Source: a virus (lineage: Duplodnaviria > Caudoviricetes). From it: DNA of 30,969 nucleotides. The notes beneath the pieces were generated by a model. That model was not told where the DNA came from. It was given only the letters and a program-made list of their open reading frames with translations, and did not search any database. Every line of letters starts with the position of its first letter. The stretch's first letter is position 1. Shown one piece after another: positions 10,926-19,233 of the stretch. The stretch covers positions 1 to 30,969 of the IMG/VR virus record IMGVR_UViG_3300040815_002492, one strand, 5' to 3'. Both the position numbers and the translations under genes were made by a program.

Positions 10926-11555
10926 ATGTTAATAAACAATATTTTTTCTGGCAGATTAGAGCCATCTGCTACAGTGGGCGGATGCATTGATATATTCGAA
11001 AATGCATGGCCCGACCCTGAGTTAACAATTGCTAGAATTGAACAAGAATGTTCAGATGTTAATTCAGGTGTAGGCTGGAGTAGAGCAGGAACTGTTGGTC
11101 AAGGTCATCGACAGAATGCACGAACAAACCTAGGGCTAGGAGTTACGTTAGCCGGCGAATCTGTAGACAGTCAAGCAATGAAAGATATACACAATCAAAT
11201 GTATTTCTTATTATTAGCAACAACTATTCCTTATACAGAAAGATATGAGATGAATGAATACTTGTATCATGAACAATATCAAGCATTAAAGTACAGAGGC
11301 GGCGAAGAATACAAAGCTCATTATGACGGTGGTACAATGTCAGGGAGAGCTGTTAGTGCTGTTGTTTACTTAAACGATGATTATGTAGGCGGTGAAATAG
11401 AATTTCCCAACTTTAAAATAAAACTTAAACCCGAAAAAGGAATGCTAATTTTATTTCCTTCTAATTTTGCTTATAGACACATTGCACATCCAGTTACCGA
11501 AGGAACAAAATACAACTTGGTAACATGGATACATGATCGTCCAATCGAAGGTTAA
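10926..11555 (+). CDS. Prolyl-4-hydroxylase-like 2OG-Fe(II) oxygenase
   Basis: HYD...RAVSAVVYLNDDYVGGEIEF...FPSNF.YRH...PVTEGTKY..VTW is the P4H-type pattern, with Lys as the 2OG ligand. Confidence 0.88.
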   Translation: MLINNIFSGRLEPSATVGGCIDIFENAWPDPELTIARIEQECSDVNSGVGWSRAGTVGQGHRQNARTNLGLGVTLAGESVDSQAMKDIHNQMYFLLLATTIPYTERYEMNEYLYHEQYQALKYRGGEEYKAHYDGGTMSGRAVSAVVYLNDDYVGGEIEFPNFKIKLKPEKGMLILFPSNFAYRHIAHPVTEGTKYNLVTWIHDRPIEG

Positions 11556-11560
11556 GTTTA

Positions 11561-12208
11561 ATGGATAATGTTGTATTTTTTAAAGAAAATAAGTATGTAG
11601 AAGTAAAAAATGTATTAACTACAGAACTAATTAATATCGCAACTACATATGCATTGCTGGATGAAAGAAACGACCTCTCATTAGAAGAAGGAGACACTCC
11701 GCAAATCCTTAATTCTCACAGTAAATATGCAGATACACTAATGGAAAGTTTTTTATTGTATTTGCAACCTATATTAGAAGAAAATACAGGCTTAGAATTA
11801 TTGCCAACTTACTCTTATTATAGAGTATATAAACCAGGCGCAGATTTAAAAAAACATATAGATCGCCCTGCTTGTGAAATTTCAACAACTGTATCCTTAG
11901 GATTTGATTATAAAGGATCAGACTACAATTGGCCTATATTTGTAGGTGATAGCGAATGTTCTATGAATCCTGGAGATCTTGTAATTTACAGAGGCTGCGA
12001 AGTTGAACACTGGAGGGAAGTTTTTGAAGCACCTGAAGGATCATGGCATGTACAATTCTTTTGTCATTATGTTGATGCAAACGGGCCAAATAAAGATTGG
12101 AAATTTGATCAGAGACCGTTTATTGGTTACGACAGGGAAGGTAAAGTACATAAAATTGTAAGCAAGTATTATTATCCAACTAAAAAATATTTAACGTTCA
12201 CAGGGTAA
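11561..12208 (+). CDS. 2OG-Fe(II) oxygenase-family protein (HxDRPxCEIS subtype)
   Basis: PTYSYYRVY...LKKHIDRPACEIS...GDLVIYRGC..EHWRE...QFF.HY gives an H-x-D...H triad. Confidence 0.8.
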   Translation: MDNVVFFKENKYVEVKNVLTTELINIATTYALLDERNDLSLEEGDTPQILNSHSKYADTLMESFLLYLQPILEENTGLELLPTYSYYRVYKPGADLKKHIDRPACEISTTVSLGFDYKGSDYNWPIFVGDSECSMNPGDLVIYRGCEVEHWREVFEAPEGSWHVQFFCHYVDANGPNKDWKFDQRPFIGYDREGKVHKIVSKYYYPTKKYLTFTG

Positions 12209-12213
12209 AATGA

Positions 12214-12783
12214 ATGATAGAGGTGTTCGATAACTTACTTACTAATGACGAAAGTGAGCATATTGAAGCTTTTTTGTCAGACCCTAAATTTCCGTGGTTC
12301 TTGTCTGTAGAGGACAATCACTACACTACTAGTAAAGAAAACATAATAAGAAACAGTAATCAGTTTTCTAAAGAAGCTGTATTATTAGGTCATACGTTTT
12401 ATTTAGACACTCAAAGAAATTCAGAAAATTATTTGCTTTCTGATTTTATACTTAATAGATTTTTAGATCGAACTAATATTGGATTTCAAGCTCTAATAAG
12501 ATCTAAAGCAAATCTACAAATGCCTGCGGATACTGATAATACATATTTGTATACTACACCGCACATTGATAGCTTCGATAATCACAAAGTTCTTATTTAC
12601 TATGCAAATAACAATGACGGCAATACTTATATCTTTAAAGATCATAACCTAGGTCAAGTGCAGCAACAAATAGAGTCAAGAAAGGGAAGATTCGTTTTAT
12701 TTGATGGTGATTTATTTCATGCAGCAGGACATACTAAAAATTCTGCTTTCAGATTAAACGTAAACTTTAACATACAAATATGA
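12214..12783 (+). CDS. 2OG-Fe(II) oxygenase-family protein (YYVNDSDGDT subtype)
   Basis: FPWF, PHID, YYANNNDGNT, FDG..FHA and RLNVNFN. Confidence 0.8.
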   Translation: MIEVFDNLLTNDESEHIEAFLSDPKFPWFLSVEDNHYTTSKENIIRNSNQFSKEAVLLGHTFYLDTQRNSENYLLSDFILNRFLDRTNIGFQALIRSKANLQMPADTDNTYLYTTPHIDSFDNHKVLIYYANNNDGNTYIFKDHNLGQVQQQIESRKGRFVLFDGDLFHAAGHTKNSAFRLNVNFNIQI

Positions 12784-13493
12784 AAAGTAAAATTGAAGAT
12801 TTTATAGGTATATATGAAAATGATATAAAGCTAGGCATTTTTGGTGATAGTACAGCAGACCCAGTTGAGTGGTTAAACCACAGTTGGGTTGAATTATTAG
12901 CAAAAGAATATAAATTTACAAATTTTGCTAAACAAGGTAGCTCACTACTTTATACATATAACAATATTTGTATTGAACACCATCAATTTGATAAAATAAT
13001 TGTATTCATTCCTCCTGTTGGTCGTCTTTGGGCGCCTAATTGTCTTATAAATCAGCATTTCTTAAATCACAGAACAGTAGAATTATATTACGAAAATGCA
13101 GATTATTCTGATAGAAAAATATTAGATTCAATAAAAAATTATTTTATATATGTATCAACGTTTGAAAAAGAAATTTTGCAGCATAACGCAATAGTAGATA
13201 GTATAAAGTGTAAAATTCCAAACGCACTAATTATTCCTGTTACTAAACATTCGATAGAAAATTTTGAAGGTGTTTGTATGCACGACATAAGTATAATTGA
13301 TTATGAATTTTATAATGTACATCCGTATACTCCAGATTTTGGAAGGACTTGCCATATGAATAAAGAAAATAATCAAATTTTTTATCAAAAGATAAAACAA
13401 TGGTTAGATAGCAATGATTTTATTTTATCTATAGATGATTTTACAACTCCAGTAGAGACAAAAGAGGAACTATTTCCAAATGAAAAATATTGA
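12780..13493 (+). CDS. SGNH/GDSL-hydrolase-like protein
   Basis: IFGDS block I, NFAKQGSS block II and a C-terminal His (CHMN). The canonical DxxH is not exact. Confidence 0.6.
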   Translation: MKSKIEDFIGIYENDIKLGIFGDSTADPVEWLNHSWVELLAKEYKFTNFAKQGSSLLYTYNNICIEHHQFDKIIVFIPPVGRLWAPNCLINQHFLNHRTVELYYENADYSDRKILDSIKNYFIYVSTFEKEILQHNAIVDSIKCKIPNALIIPVTKHSIENFEGVCMHDISIIDYEFYNVHPYTPDFGRTCHMNKENNQIFYQKIKQWLDSNDFILSIDDFTTPVETKEELFPNEKY

Positions 13494-15042
13494 TCAAAAT
13501 TTTAAATTTGTAATTGTTGGTGGCGGAAGCGCAGGTTGGATTTCTGCTCTTTTTGTTAGAGCAAACTTTCCTAATAGTAAAATCACTGTAATACAAAGTA
13601 GCGAAATTGGAATATTAGGTGCAGGCGAAGGAACTACTCCTCACATAATAGATTATCTAGACGAAATCGGTGTTCCTATTAGTAGACTCGTTAAAGAAGC
13701 CAAAGCAGTTCTTAAAAGCGGAATAAAATTTTCTAATTGGAACGGTGATAGAAAATATTACTATCACTCTTTTATGGATATACCAGATTTAGACCATACA
13801 ATTGCTAGCGAGCTAAATCACACTAGATATCCTTTATTAGACTTAGAAGTAATTGCAAACAGAGGTTCATTAGACGACATTGGATTTAATGCATTAGCTA
13901 GCGACAGAAACTGTGTTAGATTTGTTCCAAATGCAGATGCTACAAATAAAGATTTAGATCCCATTTTACACTTTACTAGACTAGGGAGAACATCATTACA
14001 CTTTGATGCTAATCTACTAGCAGAATGTTTAGAAGGCATAGGTAAAGAAAGAAATATCGAAGTTATTGACGGCATTGTTTCTGATTTTACATTGGATAAC
14101 AATGGTAATATTGTAACTGTTAATATCGGAGAAAGACAGATTAAGTCAGACTTTGTATTTGACTGTTCGGGATTTAAACGATTAATTATAGGTAATTTAT
14201 ATAAAACTCCTTGGAAAAGCTATAAAGACTATCTTCCGGCAAAGCGAGCTATGCCATTTTTTATCCCGAATAATTCTCAAGTTATTCCTCCATACACCGA
14301 TTCAACTGCAATGAAGTGGGGGTGGATGTGGAAGATCCCTGTGCAGGGAAGATTTGGATGCGGTTACGTTTATGACAGTGACAGAGTAACTGACGATGAA
14401 GCTAAATTAGAATTAGATCAAGAAATTGGTTTTGAAGTTGAAGTTCCTAGATTAATAAACTTTGAACCAGGACGATACGAAAAAATTTATGAAAAAAATT
14501 GTTTAGCTATTGGATTAAGTTCAGGATTTATCGAACCCTTGGAAGCTACATCTATTTGGACATCTTTAATGATGCTGAATGCATGGATTGAAAATCCATC
14601 TGCTATTACACACGATGATGAGTTGGCAAGAGATAAAGTAAACAAACGCCACACTGATATGAACGATAATACTTTAGGATTTGTATACTTTCATTATATA
14701 ACAAAAAGAGAAGACACAGACTTTTGGAAAAAATTTACTGTGGACAACAAAATACCAGAATCATTGCAGAAGTTAATAGAAGAATCAAATCATACTATAC
14801 CAAGCTATGATATGTTCTCAAATATCGGACTAGACTGGGCTGCAAAAAGTTTTCTTGCCTGTGGAAATGGACAAAAGTTTTTTAATCCAGAACATGCTAA
14901 AAAATTATTTGAATCTTTCTACAATGGTAGACGAAAAGACGAATATGATCTTTTAAAATATCAATATTTTAAAAATTTAAATTTAAATTTACCTTTAGTT
15001 ACTGATCATTATTCGTTTATAGAATATTTAAGGAATAACTAA
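13480..15042 (+). CDS. Tryptophan-halogenase-family flavin-dependent halogenase (copy 2)
   Basis: GGGSAG, GAGEG, KSGIKFSNW, HFDA, DCSGF, GWMWKIP and FIEPLEATS. Confidence 0.92.
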   Translation: MKNIDQNFKFVIVGGGSAGWISALFVRANFPNSKITVIQSSEIGILGAGEGTTPHIIDYLDEIGVPISRLVKEAKAVLKSGIKFSNWNGDRKYYYHSFMDIPDLDHTIASELNHTRYPLLDLEVIANRGSLDDIGFNALASDRNCVRFVPNADATNKDLDPILHFTRLGRTSLHFDANLLAECLEGIGKERNIEVIDGIVSDFTLDNNGNIVTVNIGERQIKSDFVFDCSGFKRLIIGNLYKTPWKSYKDYLPAKRAMPFFIPNNSQVIPPYTDSTAMKWGWMWKIPVQGRFGCGYVYDSDRVTDDEAKLELDQEIGFEVEVPRLINFEPGRYEKIYEKNCLAIGLSSGFIEPLEATSIWTSLMMLNAWIENPSAITHDDELARDKVNKRHTDMNDNTLGFVYFHYITKREDTDFWKKFTVDNKIPESLQKLIEESNHTIPSYDMFSNIGLDWAAKSFLACGNGQKFFNPEHAKKLFESFYNGRRKDEYDLLKYQYFKNLNLNLPLVTDHYSFIEYLRNN

Positions 15043-15632
15043 TGATTGCTACAGTAGGTAATATACTTCCAAAAAAATTAGAAAATGACATCGAACATGT
15101 TGTTACAGAAATACCGTATTATTACGGATCTAATACTTCATATGGTAAAGAAGATCCGTTTTTTGATCATTACTCTAAACTTACACAAAACATTAATATT
15201 GTAGAGAACGGACAGTTTGTACATTCAGTTTTAGACGAAGGAGTAATTGTTTCTAATTTACACGGACTCTTATATCCTGTTTTATATCAATTCGCCGATA
15301 AAGCGGGAATTACTGTTAATGCTATTACTAGAATAAAGATTAATCTTTTATTACGAGATAAAACGTTTAAAGAATTTAACTATAATTTTCCTCATTCTGA
15401 CAGAGGTAACGGAGAGAAAGTTTTTATATATTATGTAAATGATAGTGACGGTGATACTGTCATGTTTAACGAGTATGATGATTACAAAACTATACCCGAT
15501 ACATTTACAATTGTAGATAGAATTACACCTAAGAAAGGTACTGGTGTATTTTTCGAAGCAAATAGATTTCATGCTAGTTGTAATCCTGCAATTTCTCAAC
15601 ATAGATATATTATAAATTACAATTTCAAATGA
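15042..15632 (+). CDS. 2OG-Fe(II) oxygenase-family protein (YYVNDSDGDT subtype)
   Basis: RIKINL, PHSD, YYVNDSDGDT, FHAS.NP and RYIINYNF. Confidence 0.8.
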   Translation: MIATVGNILPKKLENDIEHVVTEIPYYYGSNTSYGKEDPFFDHYSKLTQNINIVENGQFVHSVLDEGVIVSNLHGLLYPVLYQFADKAGITVNAITRIKINLLLRDKTFKEFNYNFPHSDRGNGEKVFIYYVNDSDGDTVMFNEYDDYKTIPDTFTIVDRITPKKGTGVFFEANRFHASCNPAISQHRYIINYNFK

Positions 15633-16219
15633 TATTAAAAAATGTTTTAAAAGATAACGATTACTATAACCTGAGTCAATTATTGTCAGGAGTAGATTTT
15701 CCTTGGTATTATCAACCTGACATTGCGTTTACGAACTTTGATGATCATACAAATGATCCAAATGTTTTTTCAAGCTACGGTTTTACTCATGTAGCATGGG
15801 ATTGTGATCACGGCAAAGTTTCTGATGTTATACACTTAATTTCTCCAATTGCTGAAAGTTTTGAAGAAACAACTAGAATTAAAATCAATAACTTTCTTAG
15901 AATTAAAATAAATCTTCAGACTCCGTTGATAGACTATACATATGATAACTACAATGGCGCTCACATTGATAGGTTCGAACCACATAAAACGATTATATAT
16001 TATGTAAATGATAGCGACGGTGATACTGTTATTTTTAACAACATATACGATCCTAATGATAAGACTACATGGCATCTGAATACAGACTTAAAAATTAAAG
16101 AAAAGATAACTCCTGTTGCAAACTCTTTATACTATTTAGAAAACGGATTAACTTACCATTCAGGTAGTAATCCTATCAAGTCGCAAAGAAGAATAACAAT
16201 TAATATTAACTTTAATTAA
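15629..16219 (+). CDS. 2OG-Fe(II) oxygenase-family protein (YYVNDSDGDT subtype)
   Basis: FPWYY, RIKINL, AHID, YYVNDSDGDT, YHSGSNP and RITININF. Confidence 0.8.
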   Translation: MILKNVLKDNDYYNLSQLLSGVDFPWYYQPDIAFTNFDDHTNDPNVFSSYGFTHVAWDCDHGKVSDVIHLISPIAESFEETTRIKINNFLRIKINLQTPLIDYTYDNYNGAHIDRFEPHKTIIYYVNDSDGDTVIFNNIYDPNDKTTWHLNTDLKIKEKITPVANSLYYLENGLTYHSGSNPIKSQRRITININFN

Positions 16220-16220
16220 C

Positions 16221-16811
16221 ATGAATGATATAATAATAGATAAATGGTTTTCAAATCCTGTATGGGAAACATCGATAGATATTAACAATGCTGATCTTAT
16301 TGATTATGCATATGATTTAAAATCTAAAAAATCTGGAATTCAAAAGTCAAACAGAGGAGGATGGCAATGTGCTGATATAGAAAATCCTCCAGTAGAATTT
16401 ACTCGTCTTATAGATACAATTAATGAGACATTAATTAGAGTACACGAGACTATGGGATTAAAGAAAGAATTTCCGTCTTATGTAACAGAAAACTGGATTA
16501 ATATTAATCAGCCTCAAAGTTATAACCTTAGACATTTGCATCCTAGAAGTTTGTTTAGCGGAGTATATTATACCAAGGTTCCAGAAGGTGATTGCGGCGA
16601 TATTATTTTTTATAGAGATAATCTTATGCTTAGTTATTTGCCAAGTTATATCGTTGAAACATGGAATGATCTTACAAGCGGTACTGCTACATATAAGCCT
16701 AAAGAAGGAATGTTGCTAATATTTCCTAGTTGGCTTGAACATTCTGTAACTGCTAATTTTACAAACGAGGATAGAATTAGTATTAGTTTTAATACTAATT
16801 ATGATTTTTAA
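16221..16811 (+). CDS. Putative 2OG-Fe(II) oxygenase, TIGR02466-like (HxH subtype)
   Basis: SNRGGWQ, WININ, HLHP...SGVYY, LIFPSWLEHSV and RISISFN. Confidence 0.82.
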   Translation: MNDIIIDKWFSNPVWETSIDINNADLIDYAYDLKSKKSGIQKSNRGGWQCADIENPPVEFTRLIDTINETLIRVHETMGLKKEFPSYVTENWININQPQSYNLRHLHPRSLFSGVYYTKVPEGDCGDIIFYRDNLMLSYLPSYIVETWNDLTSGTATYKPKEGMLLIFPSWLEHSVTANFTNEDRISISFNTNYDF

Positions 16812-17358
16812 TCACTTTTGAATTAAATGCTATAGAAACTCGTGAAGTATTTGGGGCAGTAGTACGAACATAATGTTCTAGATGAGATGGAAATATTATT
16901 AAGTTTCCTGCTTTAGGAATAGTTCTATAATTATGCGAATTAAATGCATTAAACTCTTTTACTAATATTGGGTGAATGCTATGACAAAGACCCTTATCAG
17001 GATTTGTAAAAATTAAATCTCCACAGTTATTGTCTGCTATAACATAGTATACAGCCGAAAATACGTTTCCAGGGTGACAATGTACCGAATCAATATTGAC
17101 GTTATTATTAATGTTTATCCAAGCATCGTTTATAACATGATAATATTCTGCAGACAGTCCTATAGTTTTATGTAATTCATTAAATTTATCTTGTACCATT
17201 AATGATAATGATTTTATAGGATCAACACTTAAATCTAGAAAATCAGACTGCATTGCATTTTGTTTTACTACACTGTTTGCATATTCTAGTAAGCTGTTAT
17301 TGTCAAAATTTAATTGTTCGACTGCTAAAAAATTTGAAAATATTGTCTCTATAACCAT
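16795..17358 (-). CDS. Putative 2OG-Fe(II) oxygenase, TIGR02466-like (HxH subtype)
   Basis: WININ, HCHP...SAVYY, IIFPSHLEHYV and RVSIAFN. Confidence 0.82.
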   Translation of the reverse strand: MVIETIFSNFLAVEQLNFDNNSLLEYANSVVKQNAMQSDFLDLSVDPIKSLSLMVQDKFNELHKTIGLSAEYYHVINDAWININNNVNIDSVHCHPGNVFSAVYYVIADNNCGDLIFTNPDKGLCHSIHPILVKEFNAFNSHNYRTIPKAGNLIIFPSHLEHYVRTTAPNTSRVSIAFNSKVIKNHN

Positions 17359-17759
17359 CAGATAATTTTCTTGTTTTCTGCATGTCCTAAATTTTGGTCG
17401 TTAAACTTATCCATAAATCTAAAATAGGAACTTTTGCTGTATGGAATTTTTAACTCGTCTAATCTTTCTAAAACTTGAGGCTGAACAAATCTACCATAGA
17501 ATGCTTCTAAATCTTCTCCCCAATTATGTCGAATAACATAATACTCTGCATACGGACACCAAGCAGCATAAACAGCTACTCCTCCTCCACGTTCCAGGAT
17601 TACTTCCCAAATTTCAACGTCCTCTATATCCATAACCCTATCATAGCTCCAGTCTGGACTAGGAGGTAGGATAACTTTATCCGAATCCATATTATTATCA
17701 TTCCAAACTTCGTCGCCAAAATCTTTAAATATGTTCTGAGTAGTTTTAAATTGGGGCAT
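17358..17759 (-). CDS. Hypothetical protein (133 aa, aromatic-rich)
   Basis: RBS AAGGA; sits between halogenase 3 and an oxygenase with tight spacing. Confidence 0.75.
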   Translation of the reverse strand: MPQFKTTQNIFKDFGDEVWNDNNMDSDKVILPPSPDWSYDRVMDIEDVEIWEVILERGGGVAVYAAWCPYAEYYVIRHNWGEDLEAFYGRFVQPQVLERLDELKIPYSKSSYFRFMDKFNDQNLGHAENKKII

Positions 17760-17767
17760 GTTATTCC

Positions 17768-19189
17768 TTACTGATAATTAGTAGACATATGTCTAATAAA
17801 TTGTGTTTCTGCTGTATTGTACATATTAGTTTGTATTAAATCTATATACGCTGATTCTTCATTAAGCATATCTAGCCCAGCCATACTCCAATTCCATAAG
17901 CCTATTGCAGGTGCACCAAAGTTATTTGCTATTTCAAAATAACTTACTAGTTTATTCTGTGACCTTTTTATAATATGTTCAGCAAAGGGGCTAATAATAG
18001 AATTTTCTTTTATGTGCTTCCAGAAAGGTGTATCGTTTCTGGGTCCTTGATAATGCATTGATACAAAATCTAAATTTAAATCATAAAAATGGGCTGTTCG
18101 TCGATTATATGATTCTTGGTTTTCTTTTGTAATTGTTTTAGATGCATCGATGTCTAAAAAGTCGTTTACAAACAATAATATTTGTGCAACAGTTGTATGA
18201 ATGGAAGTAGCTTGCAAAGGTTCAACAAAACAACTTGCTAGACCCAAAGACAGTACATTTTTCTCCCAAAACTTTTCTGATCTGCCAGGATCAAATTGAA
18301 TATTTTTTATAGGAGTAATTTCTCTTTTTAATAATTGTTCTACTTCTTGCTTTGCTTGATCTGCAGATATAAAATTATCGTTGTATACATACCCACAGCC
18401 GTGTCTAGTTTGTAAAGGAATATCCCACATCCAACCTGACGACAATGCTGTTGCGGTTGTCCACGGTTTATTTTCAATCTCATTGTCTCTTAATATAAAC
18501 GGAATTGCTGCGTTACAAGGTAAGTATTTACTATACGATTTCCAGCCTATATTTAATTTTTTCATCAATACCCTAGCAAATCCGCTACAATCGATAAAGA
18601 AATCAGCGTCTAGCTTTCTACCATTATCTAAAACAAGTGACGTTACGTGTCCTGTTTCACTGTCTAAAATACTATCTTTAACAGTTGCATCAATATGTGT
18701 AACATTTTTTTGAATACATTTTTCTTTAAAGAATTGTCCTACCTTATGGGCGTCAAAATGAAATGCATTAAATATATTATAGTTACGTTCTAATTCGTAA
18801 TCAAGACCTATTTTAGAAGCTAGATGAGCTTTATCTTTTCCAAATTTGTGTAATGTATATTTAAAGACATAATCATCCATTAACCCGGCTGTGGGGCTTC
18901 CGTCAAGGGGGGTAAAAAAAGAAGTATTATTTCCTGTCCAATTACTAAACTTTATGCCTATTTTATTTGTAGCATCGGTTCTAGCAACAAACTCGTTTAT
19001 ATCTATACCAGTATGAAAATATCTTCCTGCTATAAGATCAGTAAAAAATCCAGTAGAACCTTCGCCTGCTCCTATAATTCCTATTTCTGATGAGTCTACA
19101 ACGGTAATAGTATGACCTGGTCGCGACATACATAATGTATATGCCGCTAACCAACCTGCTGTTCCGCCGCCTAAAATTGTAATCTGCAT
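17768..19189 (-). CDS. Tryptophan-halogenase-family flavin-dependent halogenase (copy 3; Glu-to-Gln at the EPLE motif)
   Basis: GGGTAG, GAGEG, KIGIKFSNW, HFDA, DCSGF, GWMWDIP and FVEPLQATS. Confidence 0.9.
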   Translation of the reverse strand: MQITILGGGTAGWLAAYTLCMSRPGHTITVVDSSEIGIIGAGEGSTGFFTDLIAGRYFHTGIDINEFVARTDATNKIGIKFSNWTGNNTSFFTPLDGSPTAGLMDDYVFKYTLHKFGKDKAHLASKIGLDYELERNYNIFNAFHFDAHKVGQFFKEKCIQKNVTHIDATVKDSILDSETGHVTSLVLDNGRKLDADFFIDCSGFARVLMKKLNIGWKSYSKYLPCNAAIPFILRDNEIENKPWTTATALSSGWMWDIPLQTRHGCGYVYNDNFISADQAKQEVEQLLKREITPIKNIQFDPGRSEKFWEKNVLSLGLASCFVEPLQATSIHTTVAQILLFVNDFLDIDASKTITKENQESYNRRTAHFYDLNLDFVSMHYQGPRNDTPFWKHIKENSIISPFAEHIIKRSQNKLVSYFEIANNFGAPAIGLWNWSMAGLDMLNEESAYIDLIQTNMYNTAETQFIRHMSTNYQ

Positions 19190-19194
19190 ACTGT

Positions 19195-19202
19195 TATTTA
19201 AT
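19195..19202 (-). promoter_or_regulatory. Late-type promoter motif (ATTAAATA) directly before halogenase 3
   Basis: Motif, 5 nt, then ATG at 19189; no Shine-Dalgarno in between. Confidence 0.5.
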
Positions 19203-19233
19203 TTATTTCTAAATTAAAATAAACAGAATTGAC

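Noticed and set aside
10926-12208. 2OG oxygenases as DNA base-modification (TET/JBP or AlkB) enzymes
   Set aside because: The motifs fit P4H-like and other subtypes, and there are no nucleotide kinases, glycosyltransferases or replication genes nearby. Not favoured, though not excluded.
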